Shown: in pieces, positions 46,996-60,780 of the stretch
Numbering within the stretch: the stretch's first letter is position 1
Layout of the letters: the number at the start of each line of letters is the position of its first letter
The notes under the pieces: model-generated
The model's database searches: none
What the model was told of the DNA's origin: nothing
The model's input: the letters and a program-made list of their open reading frames with translations, nothing else
DNA from: Octopus sinensis
Taxonomy: Eukaryota
Assembly (NCBI RefSeq): GCF_006345805.1
Contig: NC_043006.1
Location: forward strand, 39,928,001 to 39,992,000
Reading direction: 5' to 3'
DNA: 64,000 nt
Translations under genes and position numbers: made by a program

Positions 46996-47220
46996 TCAAT
47001 CTTGAAGCACATCAGAGTAAACAATATTCGTTGTGTAATTTTTTGTTGGTGTCCAAATGAATAAATTGTTCCTGCTTCCGACTCGTAAGCAACCAAACAT
47101 AGAGTTGGCCGTTCGAGAAGCATGTAGTAGAGAGATGACCTTGAGGGATTGACTCTGAGATTTGTTAATTAAAATACCAAAACTTACTTTGACTGCAAAC
47201 TGAAGCCTCTTAAATTCAAT
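46996..47220 (-). mobile_element. Helitron PIF1-like helicase C-terminal relic
   Basis: IEFKRLQFAVKVSFGILINKSQSQSLKVI..CFSNGQLYV..RVGSRNNLFI..TNIVYSDVL* matches Helitron FKRLQFPVRLAFAMTINKSQGQSL..CFSHGQLYVACSRV..KNIVY. Confidence 0.85.
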
Positions 47221-47630
47221 ATAATACGTGTATAAAATGTCCTTTACGTAGCGAACGCGCAATCACACACACACTGACAGACACAGACACACTCATGTAC
47301 AAAATGTGTCGTCGTCATCATGATATAAAATGTCCTGTACTATAGTTGACTATAGAAGGATTATTTTCGTGAAAATGTTATATTTTTATAATCCAAATGA
47401 AAATTAAAATTACATGATGACACTCGTGGGGTGTAATCGTATTACCTTGTAAAATTTGATTTGATTTGGTGGAGCCATTTTAGAACATATAGAGAACAGA
47501 CAGACAGACAGACAGACAAAGAATTTTATATAGAGATATGAGAGATTATTATTGTTGTTATTGTTGCTCTTGATTTTATGTTTTTGTTTTTGTTGTTGTT
47601 ATTGTTATTATTAGAAGTATTTAGTGATAT

Positions 47631-47699
<69 letters not shown>

Positions 47700-47774
47700 A
47701 TGTATATATATATTCTTTCATTGATGTTTTATTTAACATACTGCAGACTAAAAGTCTTGACATTGTATAAATTG

Positions 47775-48040
47775 AATGACTTTTCAATATTGAATGAAGC
47801 GCCAGAGGAAAATACGGAATCGATACAGCGATCCAAGTAAAGAGAACCAGGAATAGATCTATTGATCCACAACACTACAAAATGCCCAACAACAAAATTC
47901 TTGGCACAATAGTTGAGCAATTAAAAGCAAGATATTCACTATTAGAGAGCTTCAAGACATCTGAATTCTCAATACTAACAATGCTGAAAAATATAGCAAA
48001 ACATATTCAGTGGAGTCTTAATTCTTTAAAAGCCACTTAT
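47775..48040 (+). mobile_element. hAT transposase relic, part 2
   Basis: KILGTIVEQLKARYSLLESFK..SLNSLKATY resembles the later hAT region EILDTIxxQLxxRFSxLExL. It has the same strand and order as part 1. Confidence 0.55.
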
Positions 48041-48060
48041 ATATATATGTATATATATAT

Positions 48061-48139
<79 letters not shown>

Positions 48140-48175
48140 TATAAATATACACATATACATACATATGATGAAAGC

Positions 48176-48555
48176 ACTCCGTCGGTTACGACGACGATGG
48201 TTCCGGTTGATCCGAATCAACGGAACAGCCTGCTCGTGAAATTAACGTGTAAGTGGCTGAGCACTCCACAGACACGTGTACCCTTAAAGTAGTTCTCGGG
48301 GATATTCAGCGTGACACAGAGAGTGACAAGGCCAGCCCTTTGAAATACAAGGTACAACAGAAACAGGAAGTAAGAGTGAGAGAAAGTTGTGGTGAAAGAG
48401 TACAGCAGGGATCACCACCATCCCCTGCCGGAGCCTCGTGGAGCTTTAGGTGTTTTCGCTCAATAAACACTCACAACGCCCGGTCTGGGAATCGAAACCG
48501 CGATCCTATGACCGCGAGTCCGCCGCCCTAACCACTGGGCCATTGCGCCTCCACT
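48176..48555 (-). mobile_element. Family D head and body fused to a family E body
   Basis: actccgtcggttacgacg..gaaatacaaggtacaacagaaac (E) runs directly into gagtgagagaaagttgtgg..ccattgcgcctccac (D). Confidence 0.75.
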
Positions 48556-50651
48556 ATACATACATATATATACATATACATGTAACATATATATACATAT
48601 ATATATACACGAGTGAGTGCAAAAAAGGGAAAATGAGGCACTCAACATTTGTTTGGTGTTACATGTATTATTTAGTAACACTTTCACTAAGCTCCATGCA
48701 TCTTAAAGTTTCGTAAGCTCGTTGAACGAACCCAATTTGTCAGGAATGTTTCCAGATGCCTGACCAGTTTGGTATGTTTTACATGCCTACGAGACTTCAT
48801 GTTGCATATAACTTAATCAAACTGTTATTAAATTCTCTCTCTATACATACATACATACATACATACATACATACATACATACATACATACATACATACAT
48901 ACATACATACATACATACATGCATACATATATACATACAAAGAATGAGAGAGAAAGCGTGAGAGAGGTGTGTTGTCTTTCATCTTTCCGTTATAAATTTG
49001 CAATTTTGCAACAATCTAAGAAGTAATCATTATTATTGTTGCATTTATATGTTATTAAATACATTATATGAATATCTACACACTCACACACGCACACACA
49101 TATATATATATATATATATACAGCTACAGAGATAGAGAGAGAAAAATAGAAATATGTATGTGTATTGTGTGAGCCTCATACATAAATACATATATATATA
49201 TATACATATATTTATATACATATTATATGTGTTGTGTGTGACTGAATGAATAAATGAGTGAATGAAATATGTATAAGTAGATACATGCGTATATATAATC
49301 CTCAATCCATCCTCTTACAAATTGCCTATCTAAATGTTACGTTGTTCGAAATAAATTAAGCCTACTGCATTAATGTTTAAGTAATTATGTCTGCAACCAT
49401 TAATGTTTAATAACCGTTGAATAATCTGAAGTTATTTCCGGCACAAATTACTTCCGATCGATATCCAGGTTCGTTAAGGAATTGTCTAGAAAAACAAAAC
49501 AAAACAGGAAAGAAAAGGATAGTAGTTCCATTATTAGATTGTGTTCTCGAATATTCAATGGTCCATGAATAAATAGAAGACACGCCTCCGGTTTTCACTA
49601 TAATGAAAAACAACGTAGCGATAAATGTTTTCGGAGTTTTTCCCTGATACGTATCTTCATAGAAGTTATCTGATTTATAATTTACTTTCTAGTCTGTTAT
49701 ATTTATAAAACTTTTTGTGACGGTCATTTTCCAGTCCCTGTTCTCTACAAGATATCATCTGGTCCACGCGTTAGTAATCATTACACTCTACACTATAACA
49801 CCCAGTCGTATTTTGGAGCTAAAACTTTAAGGAACTGCATGATTATCTTCTGGTTTACAAGTCCCCGATATTTTCGCTGCCGAGGATCCCTTTTCTTATA
49901 AATGTGTTTTTCCACAGACCTAAAGTTTTAAAGTTGTTTTAATCAGCAAGCTGCTTCTATTAATTAACGACAATCACGTTTTCCTAGTTTCACCTCCAAG
50001 TAAAAAGAGCCACGTAAGTGTACATGAGTTTTTATGCAGTTTACACAGCAGAATTGACAAATTTTGAACAAAGTTCGCGGCTCAACCTGACTGTGGGACC
50101 CCGGTTATTATGCCAGCGTTTTGCATATGACAATCGAGAACAGCTTGGCTACATTCTGTTTGTATAACTGTTTCAATTTTTGGCACAAGGCCAGCAATTC
50201 CCGAGTAGTGGATAAGTCGAAAGGCGAAATCGACTTCGGTGGAATTTGAACTCAGAACGAAAAGACTGACGAAATGCCTCTTAGTATTTTGTTCGGCGTG
50301 CTAACGATTCTGCCAGCTCCACGCATTTTTCTGTGTATATTGAAATCTTATTCGTTTCATTGTAGTTAAGGACACATCTCTCATGAACGCTATGTCTCTC
50401 TGTCTGCGTTTGCATCTAGTGCCGTCAGGAATTGCAAATGACAGGCATTTGTGCCGCTGATGTTTTCACATTAATTTCAAATATGCATCCATTACGTAAA
50501 TGGAATCTTTTGAACGAAACTAATGCTCCCTGTCGTATTCCAGATGTAAATCTAATCTGCTGTATTCGAAATGAGTGACGGCATAACTGCTAACGTGAAG
50601 AAATAATTATCACATACAGTATGATCGTCGTTGGTTTAGATTCATTGATAT

Positions 50652-51670
50652 AAGTACGCTGAATAAGTACCCTGATACAGTACCCGGATACAGTACCCTG
50701 AATAAGCACCCTGATACAGTACCCTGATACAGTACCCTAGATAAGTACCCTGATATATTATTCTGAATAAGTACCCTGATATAGTACCCTGAATAAGTAC
50801 CCTGCTATAGTACCCTGAATAAGTACCCTGATATAGTACCCTGGATAAGAACCCTGATATAGTAGCCTGAATAAGTACCCTGATATAGTATCCTGAATAA
50901 GTATCCTGATACAGTACCCAGGATAAGTACCCTGATACAGTACCCAGGATAAGTACCCTGATATAGTATTCTGAATAAGGACCCTGATACAGTACCCTGA
51001 TACAGTACCCTAGATAAGTACCCTGATATATTATTCTGAATAAGTACCCTGATATAGTACCCTGAATAAGTACCCTGCTATAGTACCCTGAATAAGTACC
51101 CTGATATAGTACCCTGGATAAGAACCCTGATATAGTAGCCTGAATAAGTACCCTGATATAGTATCCTGAATAAGTATCCTGATACAGTACCCAGGATAAG
51201 TACCCTGATACAGTACCCAGGATAAGTACCCTGATATAGTATTCTGAATAAGGACCCTGATATAGTACCCTGAATAAGTACCCTGATATAGTATTCTGAA
51301 TAAGTACCCTGATATAGTACCCTGGATAAGAACCCTGATATAGTAGCCTGAATAAGTACCCTGATATAGTATCCTGAATAAGTATCCTGATACAGTACCC
51401 AGGATAAGTACCCTGATATAGTATTCTGAATAAGGACCCTGATATAGTACCCTGAATAAGTACCCTGATATAGTATTCTGAATAAGTACCCTGATATAGT
51501 ACCCTGGATAAGAACCCTGATATAGTAGCCTGAATAAGTTCCCTGATATAGTATCCTGAATAAGTACCCTGATACAGTACCCAGGATAAGTACCCTGATA
51601 CAGTACCCTGGATAAGTACCTTGATGCAGTACCATGAATAAGTACCCTGATATAGTACCCTGAATAAGTA
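50652..51670 (+). repeat. 13-bp-unit minisatellite (AGTACCCTGATAT/AGTACCCTGAATA, 26-bp dimer) with higher-order repeats
   Basis: The diagnostic variant agaaccctgatatagtagcc recurs at 50848, 51121, 51329 and 51511. Spacings are 273, 208 and 182 bp, i.e. 21, 16 and 14 units. Confidence 0.95.
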
Positions 51671-51781
51671 GGTTACATCTGTTAATCACTGCCATTCGTC
51701 TCAGAACTGTGAGCTTATTTCTTATGATATAGTACAAGCATGCTTTAATTGTTAAGGTATTTGGCTCACGATCGTAAGATT

Positions 51782-51948
51782 CTGGATAAGTACTTATTCA
51801 GGCTACTTACTCAGGGTACTATATCAGGGTACTTATTCAGGATACTATATCAGGGTACTTATTTAGGGTACTGTATCGGGTACTTATCCAGGGTACTATA
51901 TCAGGGTACTTATTCAGGATACTATATCAGGGTACTTATCCAGGGTAT
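51782..51948 (-). repeat. Inverted block of the same minisatellite
   Basis: tcagggtactatatcagggtacttat is the reverse complement of the unit. Orientation flips at the palindrome ataagtacttat (51786-51797). Confidence 0.92.
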
Positions 51949-52389
51949 TGTATCTTTGAGAAAGACACTTTATTCCACGTTGCTTCAGTCTACTCAGCAG
52001 GCAGAAAGGAACAGTACCAGTAATTCAAATGGCCAACCTTGTAACATTCTGTGCCAGGCAGAATATCACTGAGAACTACGTTAAGGGTAGGTGTGCCTGT
52101 GAAGCGCTCAGCCACTTGCACATTAATTTGACAAGCAGGCTCTTCCGTTGATCGGATCAAATGGAACCCTCGTCGTCGTCGTCGTAACCGTCGGAGTGCT
52201 GGTAGCACCCACTCCAGACAAATCATTAAAGTGGGCCCTATAGTATTTATTTATTGACAGAAAACCTCAGGTCACATAGATCAGAATTCGGATCCTAGTT
52301 CCGTGAGGCCTCGGGCAGCAACCCAGTTTGCCCGTGTGCCAAGATAGCACAAAGTCCGTGATCCTATTAACACAAACATCTTTGTACAA

Positions 52390-52808
52390 GGCGGCGAGCT
52401 TGCAGAATAGTTAGCACGCCGGGCGAAAGGCTTGGCGGTATTTCGTCTGCCGCTACGTTCTGAGTTCAAATTCCGCCGAGGTCGACTTTGCCTTTCATCC
52501 TTTCGGGGTGGATTAAATAAGTACCAGTTACGCACTGGGGTCGATGTAATCGACTTAATCCGTTTGTCTGTCCTTGTTTGTCCTATCTGTGTTTAGCCCC
52601 TTGTGGGCAGTAAAGAAATAGGTATTTCGTCTGCCGCTACGTTCTGAGTTCAAATTCTGCCGAGGTCGACTTTGCCTTTCATCCTTTCGGGATCGATTAA
52701 ATAAGTACCAGTTACGCACTGCGGTCGATATAATCGACTTAATCCGTTTGTCTGTCCTTGTTTGTCCCCTATATGTTTAACCCCTTGTGGGCAATAAAGA
52801 AATAATAA
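52390..52808 (+). mobile_element. SINE family A dimer (tail 1 plus tail 1)
   Basis: A full unit, then a restart at gtaaagaaata|ggtatttcgtctgccg (52620/52621). Confidence 0.9.
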
Positions 52809-53339
52809 ACATCTTTCTAGATGCATCTTTAAGAATATTTGTTTTACAGACATGCAATGAATGAATTTGATTGCATAAGGTTCAAAATACAGAATATTTT
52901 ATTGGTGTTCAGACATAAAATCACGCTGAACCATGCAGCAGAGTATAGGATCTTATTTCCACACATTTTGGGTGTTGATTCTATGAAATGATAAAGCGGT
53001 AAACATCATCTTGTGTGTATGTGTGTGTGTGAGTGTGTGCGAATGTATGTTTGAGTGTATGAGTGTATGTGTATGTGTGCGTGTATGTATGAGTGTGTGT
53101 ATGTGTGCGTATGTCTGTGTGTGTGTGATTTCATCTCATTTAGAGATAAATTTCGATAATACATGGATTTTAATTTTGTCTTTCCTTCTTTCATGAATTT
53201 TATGGAAATAATACATTGGTAGATTTATTCGCTACGAGTTTTTAAATGAAACATTAATTTTCTGCTCATATTAAATCTTAAAACTGACGTGAATCTAATA
53301 GAAACCAATTAATTTGTCTAATGGTGACGCTAATGGTAG

Positions 53340-53520
53340 TGACTGCGGCGGTGGCGGTGGTGGTGGTGGTGGTGGTGGTGGTGGTGGTTTGGTAATAGTG
53401 ATGGTGATGGTGGTGATGGTGGTGGTGGTCGTGGTGTTGGTGGTGGTGGTGGTGGTGGTGGTGGTTCTGATAGTGATGATGATGATTATGACTATGATAG
53501 TAGCAGCGGTGGTAATGAGA
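53340..53520. repeat. (GGT)n/(GAT)n microsatellite
   Basis: Directly visible. Confidence 0.95.
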
Positions 53521-54514
53521 GAATCAAACATAAAGCTGTGTTGTTAGCACTTCTATCATTAAAAACAAGTCAAATATTCTAATGGATAAATAAATATCTA
53601 AGAAAACTAATGTCCCGGCTTTTTTTCCCCTCTTCAACTGTTCATATATATTTTATAGTTTCTTCATTCAATTTCAATACAGATAATTATAAATAGGTTT
53701 TGATAGATTCTAGTAATAAATAGCGAATAGTGTAAAAGAGAGATGATCACCCAGTGTGCTACCAGTTGTAGATACTTATTGCTTTTTCCGGGCTTCAGTA
53801 TCAACATCACCCTCTCAATTCTTATTCATTGTAAATGTGATATCTCACAGACATATACATCTGTGTATGTATGTGTCTCCTATCTTTTATCTTTGGTTTC
53901 AGTCATTTGACTGTGGCTATGCTGGTGGCCTGGCATTTATTCTATCGGTCCCTTTTCTCGAACCGCTGAGTTACAGCGCCACTAACACACCAATACCGGC
54001 TTCAAGCGGTGATGGAGGACAAACAGAGGCACAAAGACACACGCGTATGTTAATCTAGACACGTTTTTTTCCCCTTTCGCCATCTTTTCTTTCCTTTCAT
54101 CATATCAGCTAGACAATATTTCGTATCTTCTTTTAAGAGATAAAGCTAGAATTCTCAGATAGACAAAGCCGCGGTTTCGCCATCCGTTAACTTCTGCTCA
54201 GCTTATGGAGAATTCTTAAATTAATGAAAAGAGTCCAGATACTTGTTCCCTGAAATTCCAGATATACTAGCACACACGAAAGTAAAGTTGTCTGTATGCC
54301 TTGCTTTAAATGAACAGAGATGTTGATAATAACGATCTTTAAAAGTATTCGTAGAGCGCCTTTTGTTATGCTTTCCGGTGGTGTACGGAAGGATATACAT
54401 TTTCTTTATCCCCAAAATTGACAGCTAGATGGAACTCAATCGTCACAAGCGTCTATGCATTAAATTGTAGTGTTTGGTGTGGGTGGTTATGGGGACTAGG
54501 TAGGATTAGCTGAC

Positions 54515-54619
54515 CTTAACGCTGTTTGTATTGTAAAGTTCATTTCCTTTGCTTCAGTAAAACGTGTTTGTTTAACTAAAGCCAGAGTATTCTTGTCAAT
54601 ATTAGAAGTGCCGTCCAAA
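54515..54619 (-). CDS. Candidate internal coding exon, 105 bp, phase 2-2 (xLDGTSNIDKNTLALVKQTRFTEAKEMNFTIQTAL R)
   Basis: Acceptor cttgtttatccccttttatag, donor AAG|gtcagc. The frame is open, the length is divisible by 3 and the context is non-repetitive. No family recognised. Confidence 0.45.
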
Positions 54620-55220
54620 CTATAAAAGGGGATAAACAAGATTACGTTACCGTGACTGATTCTTCTCTGGTGAAGGGTGGGTGTGATGTACTGTATGTAG
54701 CTTAACTTCTTACTGAAACCATTTCTAATTAATGCGTATTTGTCATAACAGATAATTGTTAAAATTATACCTGCTAAGGATGGACAGAAGACTTAGTATA
54801 TACTCTTTTACTCTTTTACTTGTTTCAGTCATTTGACTGCGGAGCACCGCCTTTAGTGGAACAAATCGACCCCAGAACTTATTCTTTGTAAGCCTAGTAC
54901 TTATTCTATCAGTCTCTTATGCCGATCTGCTAAGTTACGGGGATGTAAACAAACCAGCATCGTTTGTCAAGCGCTCTTGGGGGACAAACACAGACACACA
55001 AACATATACACACACATGCATACATACATATATATATATACATATATACGACGGGCTTCTTTCAGTTTCCGTGTGGTAAGTAGCTTGCTTACCAGCCTCA
55101 TGGTTCCGGGTTCAGTCCCACTGCGTGGCACCTTGGGCAAGTATCTTCTACTATAGCCTCGGGCCGACCAAAGCCTTGTGAGTGGATTTGGTAGACGGAA
55201 ACTGAAAGAAGTCTGTCGTA

Positions 55221-55252
<32 letters not shown>

Positions 55253-55445
55253 AATTAGAAAAAACTCCTTTTATCAATTCAAAATGAAAAATTGAATTAC
55301 ACCATCTAGAAAATTACATATAATAGAAATATTAAATATAAGATAAAAATAATATACCGATGATTAAGTAATGTGCAAAATAATAAATAAAACGTATATA
55401 TTTGGTAGAATAACGACACGTGTTTCGTGGCTATATTTAAGAAAT

Positions 55446-55497
<52 letters not shown>

Positions 55498-57113
55498 CAA
55501 AGGGCCAGCTTTGTTACATTCTGTGTCACGCTGAATCTCCCTGGGAAGTACGTTAAGGGTACACATATGCTCAACCACTTGCACATTAATTTCACGTGCA
55601 GGCTGTTTCGTTGATTGGATCGACTGGAAGCCTCGTGGTGGTAAGCGACGGAGAGCCAGTATATACATACATTTATACACACACACACAAACAAACAAAC
55701 AAGATACGTGTTCATAAATACATGTAAGGGGGTGTATACAGAATGGCTAACGCTAATTCTCCTCGTCTACGAAATGCTGAAATGCTCAATGTATATTCGT
55801 AAAGAGCCTTAAAGACCACAGTTAATGGTTGTAGTTACTTCAGTAACATGGCTTCGTATCATTATCCAAAAGTTTAGACACAGAAAACTTCAACGGAGTT
55901 TTGCAATGGCTGAAACATCAAAAGAAAACCCTGAATTTGATAGCAAATGCTTGAAAATACAATGGCGTTTTCAGTTGATATAAAAGTCCTTTAAAGATCT
56001 CTGTGCGCAAAATTCTGAATACTAGAATGATACCGTGATTGGAAAATAACTACTGGCATAAAACATGTGATTGTATGTATGTATGCATGTATGTATGTAT
56101 TTGCATGTACTTGAGTCAAGCCAACGAGATAGTTTCTTTATGCTCTCCCTATTTACTAAATATACCATCGAAATTCCATTCATATCGTACTCTGTCATCT
56201 TGCAAGATCAAGAACAAGTTTGAAAATTTAGATCTAATCGAAATGACGTCAGCAGGTATATTTTTCACAATGTGCAATAACTGTCAATTATTGTTATATT
56301 CAAATTCTACAGCCGTTGATTGCCTTTGATAAACTACATGACAATTATTAAGCATTCCGGCGAATTCTCTTAAACCTCGCTGTTGAGAAGGACTTTATGC
56401 GTTATAATAAAAAGGGAAACATGATTTTATGTCTTTTTTTCTTAAGTTTTGTTTTGAATCCATTCAATAGAAATGGTTAAATGACAAGAATAGAAGAACA
56501 ACGGTTTAAAGACCTAGCTGTATTGCGTTCGATCAATTTACATTCCGCGTTCAAATCCTGCATGATTTAACTATTTTATTTGTTTCAGTGTATTAGACTG
56601 CGGCCGTACTGGAGCAGCACCTTGGGGAATTTTAGTCGAATGAATCGACTATTTTAAACCAGTTACCTTGTCTATCGTCTGTTTTGTCGAACTGCTAAGT
56701 TATGGAAACGTAAACACACCAGCACCGGTTGCCAAGCAGTAGTAGTGAATACAGGACCAAAGACTCACACACACGAACACATTCAAACATATATACGATG
56801 GTCTTCTTTCAGTCTCCGTCGACCAAATCCACTCACAAGGCTTTCGTTGGGCCAAAGCTATAGTTGAAGATACTTGCTCAATGTGCCACGCAGTGAGACT
56901 GAACCCGGAACCATGTGGTCGGGAAGTAAATTTCTTGCCACATAGCCGCGCCTGCGCCTATGTAGCTATCTAATTTCTTCTGAAGATCGATAGTATAAGC
57001 ACCAGTCAAATACTTTGGATCAATTTATTGAGTAAATCTTTATCCATATGCTTAACCATGTGCCAATGTATGAAACCATTGTGATCTTTGAACTCATTAT
57101 CGGTGCATCTAAA

Positions 57114-57516
57114 GGCGGCGAGCTGGCAGAATGGTTAGCACACCGGGCTAAATGCTTAGCGGTATTTCGTCTGCCGCTACGTTCTGAGTTCAAATTCCGC
57201 CGAGGTCGACTTTGCCTCTCATCCTTTCGGGGTCGATTAATTAAGTACCAGTTACGCACTGGGGTCGATTTAATCGACTTAACCCCCTTGTCTGTCCTTG
57301 TTTGTCCTCTCTGTGTTTAGCCCGTTGTGGGTAGTAAAGAAATAGGTATTTCGTCTGCCGTTACGTTCTGAGTTCAAATTCGGCCGAGGTCGACTTTGCC
57401 TTTCATCCTTTCGTGGGGGTTGATAAATGAAGTACCAGTTGCGTACTGGAGTCGATCTAATCGACTATCCCCCTATCCCCAATTTCAGGCCTTGTGCCTA
57501 TAGTAGAAAGGATTAT
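57114..57516 (+). mobile_element. SINE family A dimer (tail 1 plus tail 2)
   Basis: A full unit, a restart at gtaaagaaata|ggtatttcgtctgccg (57344/57345), and a second unit ending cccaatttcaggccttgtgcctatagtagaaaggatta. Confidence 0.9.
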
Positions 57517-57747
57517 CGGTGCACCCAGGGTCAATATTCTTTGACTATTTTCAGTGTTTGGACGACAGCAAAGCTGAGTTGCCGCCATGATGAGTTCAGT
57601 CGAACAAATAGACTCCACTACTTATTCTATCGGTCCGTTTTGTCGAATCACTAAGTTACGAGGAGGTAAATAGCCCAACACAAGTTGTCAAGCGGCAGAG
57701 GGGCAAACACAAAGGCACACACATACACCCATCTCTCTATACATATT

Positions 57748-57786
<39 letters not shown>

Positions 57787-60498
57787 TTCTCTTTCTCTCT
57801 ATCTCTCTCTCTGTCTCTCTCTGTATATGTGCATGTGTATGTGTGTGTGTGTGTGTGTATGCGACGAACTTCCACACAACAGTTTCCTTCCACCAAATTC
57901 ACTCCCAAGGTATTAGCCGGCCTAGAGTTATGGTAGAAGACACTTTCCCAAGGAACGGCGATGTGGGACTGAACCCGAAACCATATGGTTGTGAAGCTAA
58001 CTTCTTAAATAAGCACTCGGCCATGCCTGCACTTCTCTTCATGTCATTTTCGTAAGTCATTCAATTCTAATCGTGTTTACAACATTGTGCTTAATATTGA
58101 TGTATCAACATCAATTGTCTTGGCCTTATCTCTTTTGTTAACATCTGATCAGACTTATACAGCTATTTGACTGCGAGCTGACAGAACCATTAGCATGTCG
58201 CACCAAAAGTCACGTCGAGGTCAACTTCGCCTTTCAGCCTTGAAGCTCCAACCAAGTACTCTTCTGGTGTCGATCACTTAAACGCCATAGGAATCAGGTA
58301 ACCGGTTTTGTGAGTCGGAAACTAAAAATCAAACACCGTGCTAAGAGAGAGCTTCAGTTCAGTTTCTGTGAAAGGTACACTCCGATTTCATCAGTGTTCT
58401 GTTTTAGCTCACATACCATCCACTATTGATATCCAGACATCTTAGCACTGAAATAAAAGTCCATTTTGTCTTCACAAACAGTTGTGTCAACAACAAGTAT
58501 TCTATAGGGAAGCAGCTACAAGAATTCTTGTGGTAAATAGAAAATATATCCTCACAGCGTTTTCCTGTAGAGTTCTATTAACAGATGTTTTAACTGTCTG
58601 TAAACCAGTCTGTGTTTGTATTAAAAAACCTCGCTTAAGTCATTTTGAATTGATACTTAATGTTGTCTGGTGTAAGTCTCATATATTTAAGGTTGTACTA
58701 CAAGTACCTCTCGTGTCTTTTGATTCAGTGCATCAGTCGAATCTCGTTTGTTTTCTTTGATACTGAACAAAACGTCTGACAAATTTTTGATAGGAAATAC
58801 ACACTGTACCTAAATATATAACGACAGAAAGCTCTGCGTGGTAATTTGACCTGCTAGAAACAGCAACCAAATCTCCTCACGTCACACTTTACTATATTTT
58901 GATGTGATAATCGGAGGCGGAAAAGCAGAGTCTCGGGAACTGATGAAGGGTGGGGAAGAAATCAATATCCGGAAACCTAACCCAGATTTTGAAGACATAT
59001 TTGAATGGTGGCATTGAACCGGCGAGAAATTAATTCAACAACCCGAGGACAGGAACATTTCCTCCTACGGGCTTCCACACAGTCTCCGTCAACCAATTTA
59101 CACGAGCGACTTTTTTAACCCGAAGCTATAATTGTTGAAAATTTTGGTACAAGGTCAGTAATTTTGAGAGGAGAGGGCAAGCTGACCAAATCGGTCCCAA
59201 TGCTTGACCGGTACTTTATTTTATTATCCCCTAAAAAAAATAAATGGGTAAAGATAACCTTGGCGGGATTTGAACATAGAACGTAAAGACTTGGAGCTGA
59301 GCATTTTGTCCAATGAGCTAATAATTCTACCAGACCACCGCCCAATCCTGAAGTTCTAATGAACGATATTTTATCCGAGGTGCCATGCTGTGGTATCGAA
59401 CCCAGAAACACATAGAGATGTGAAGAGATGCTCCTTAACCATGTAACCATGCATACATCTTAAAAAGAAAGGGAAGGGCACATGATATGATGTAGTCCTC
59501 AACGTAACACTAGTGGAGGCGCGTGGCTAAGTGGTTAGGGTATTCGACTCATGATCCTAAGGTTGTGAGTTCGATAACCGGTGGCGCCTTGTGTCCTGGA
59601 GCAAGACACTTTATTTGAAGTTGTTCTGGCCAACTCAACTGGTTATATCTGTATTTCAAAGGGCCAACCTTGTCACATTCTGTATCACGCTAAATCTCCT
59701 TCAGAGTTACGTTAAAGGTACGCGTGTCTGTGGAGTGCTCAACCGCTTACACATTAATTTCACAAGCAGGCTGTTCCGTTGACCGGACCACCTGGAACAA
59801 CAGTCATCGCAACCGACAGAATGCCGGTAAGTACAACACAATGGCTGCATTACAGAGGCGATGCACATGGCTGGAACGCGTTTGTTCATAGATTAACGTG
59901 ATCAAAGTTGATCAAGAGATAAATAACAATAACAAGGCAAAAAAATACCCTCGAAACTAATAAACTCGAAGACAGTAAAAAAAAATCTTTTAAACACCTC
60001 AACAATGGTCAATAAAAAGAAATTTATCAGTTTGGTTGTTTTTCCTAATTAAGATTTATTAAAGCCAAAAAATTAATTCAATTTATTTCTCTGTTTCTTA
60101 TTAAAGCCAAAAAATTAATTCAATTTATTTCTCTGTTTCTTCGGTATTGTTACGACTCCATTACGCTAGAATATATTAATTTCTTATTAATAGTGCATGA
60201 CCCATTGTTTGCTGCCAATTCAAAATACATATTAGTTTCTATTTTTTCATTTATATATATGTAATATTATATACAATAGACCGGAAACTTTGACAATCAA
60301 ACAACTAATCTTTTTAGTGAATTTAAAATGTTTAGAATCGGAATGCTTGTGTGATCGTCTTGGATAATTTCTGCATTCGTGACGAATTGTTCAAAAATGA
60401 AATTAATTTTAAAATGACTGTAAGGAAATAATCATTGTGAGTCGTCTGTCTAGGTTACTTGTGTATTGGTTGAGAGATCTAGATAAAAGCAATGATAG

Positions 60499-60778
<280 letters not shown>

Positions 60779-60780
60779 CG

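Noticed and set aside
50652-51670. CRISPR-like array
   Set aside because: Contiguous 13-bp units without unique spacers, no cas genes, and a eukaryotic context.
51078-51737. 219-aa Gly/Tyr-rich repeat ORF suggesting a structural protein such as reflectin or suckerin
   Set aside because: The minisatellite unit has no stop codon on that strand in any frame, and there are no reflectin (M/F-D-x5-M-D) or GGY-module motifs and no signal peptide.
58932-58985. CUGAUGAAGG..CCGGAAACCUA hammerhead-like motif
   Set aside because: Stem II register is off, and stems I and III are too weak.
60057-60141. 42-bp tandem duplication
   Set aside because: Real but an ordinary slippage event with no further structure.
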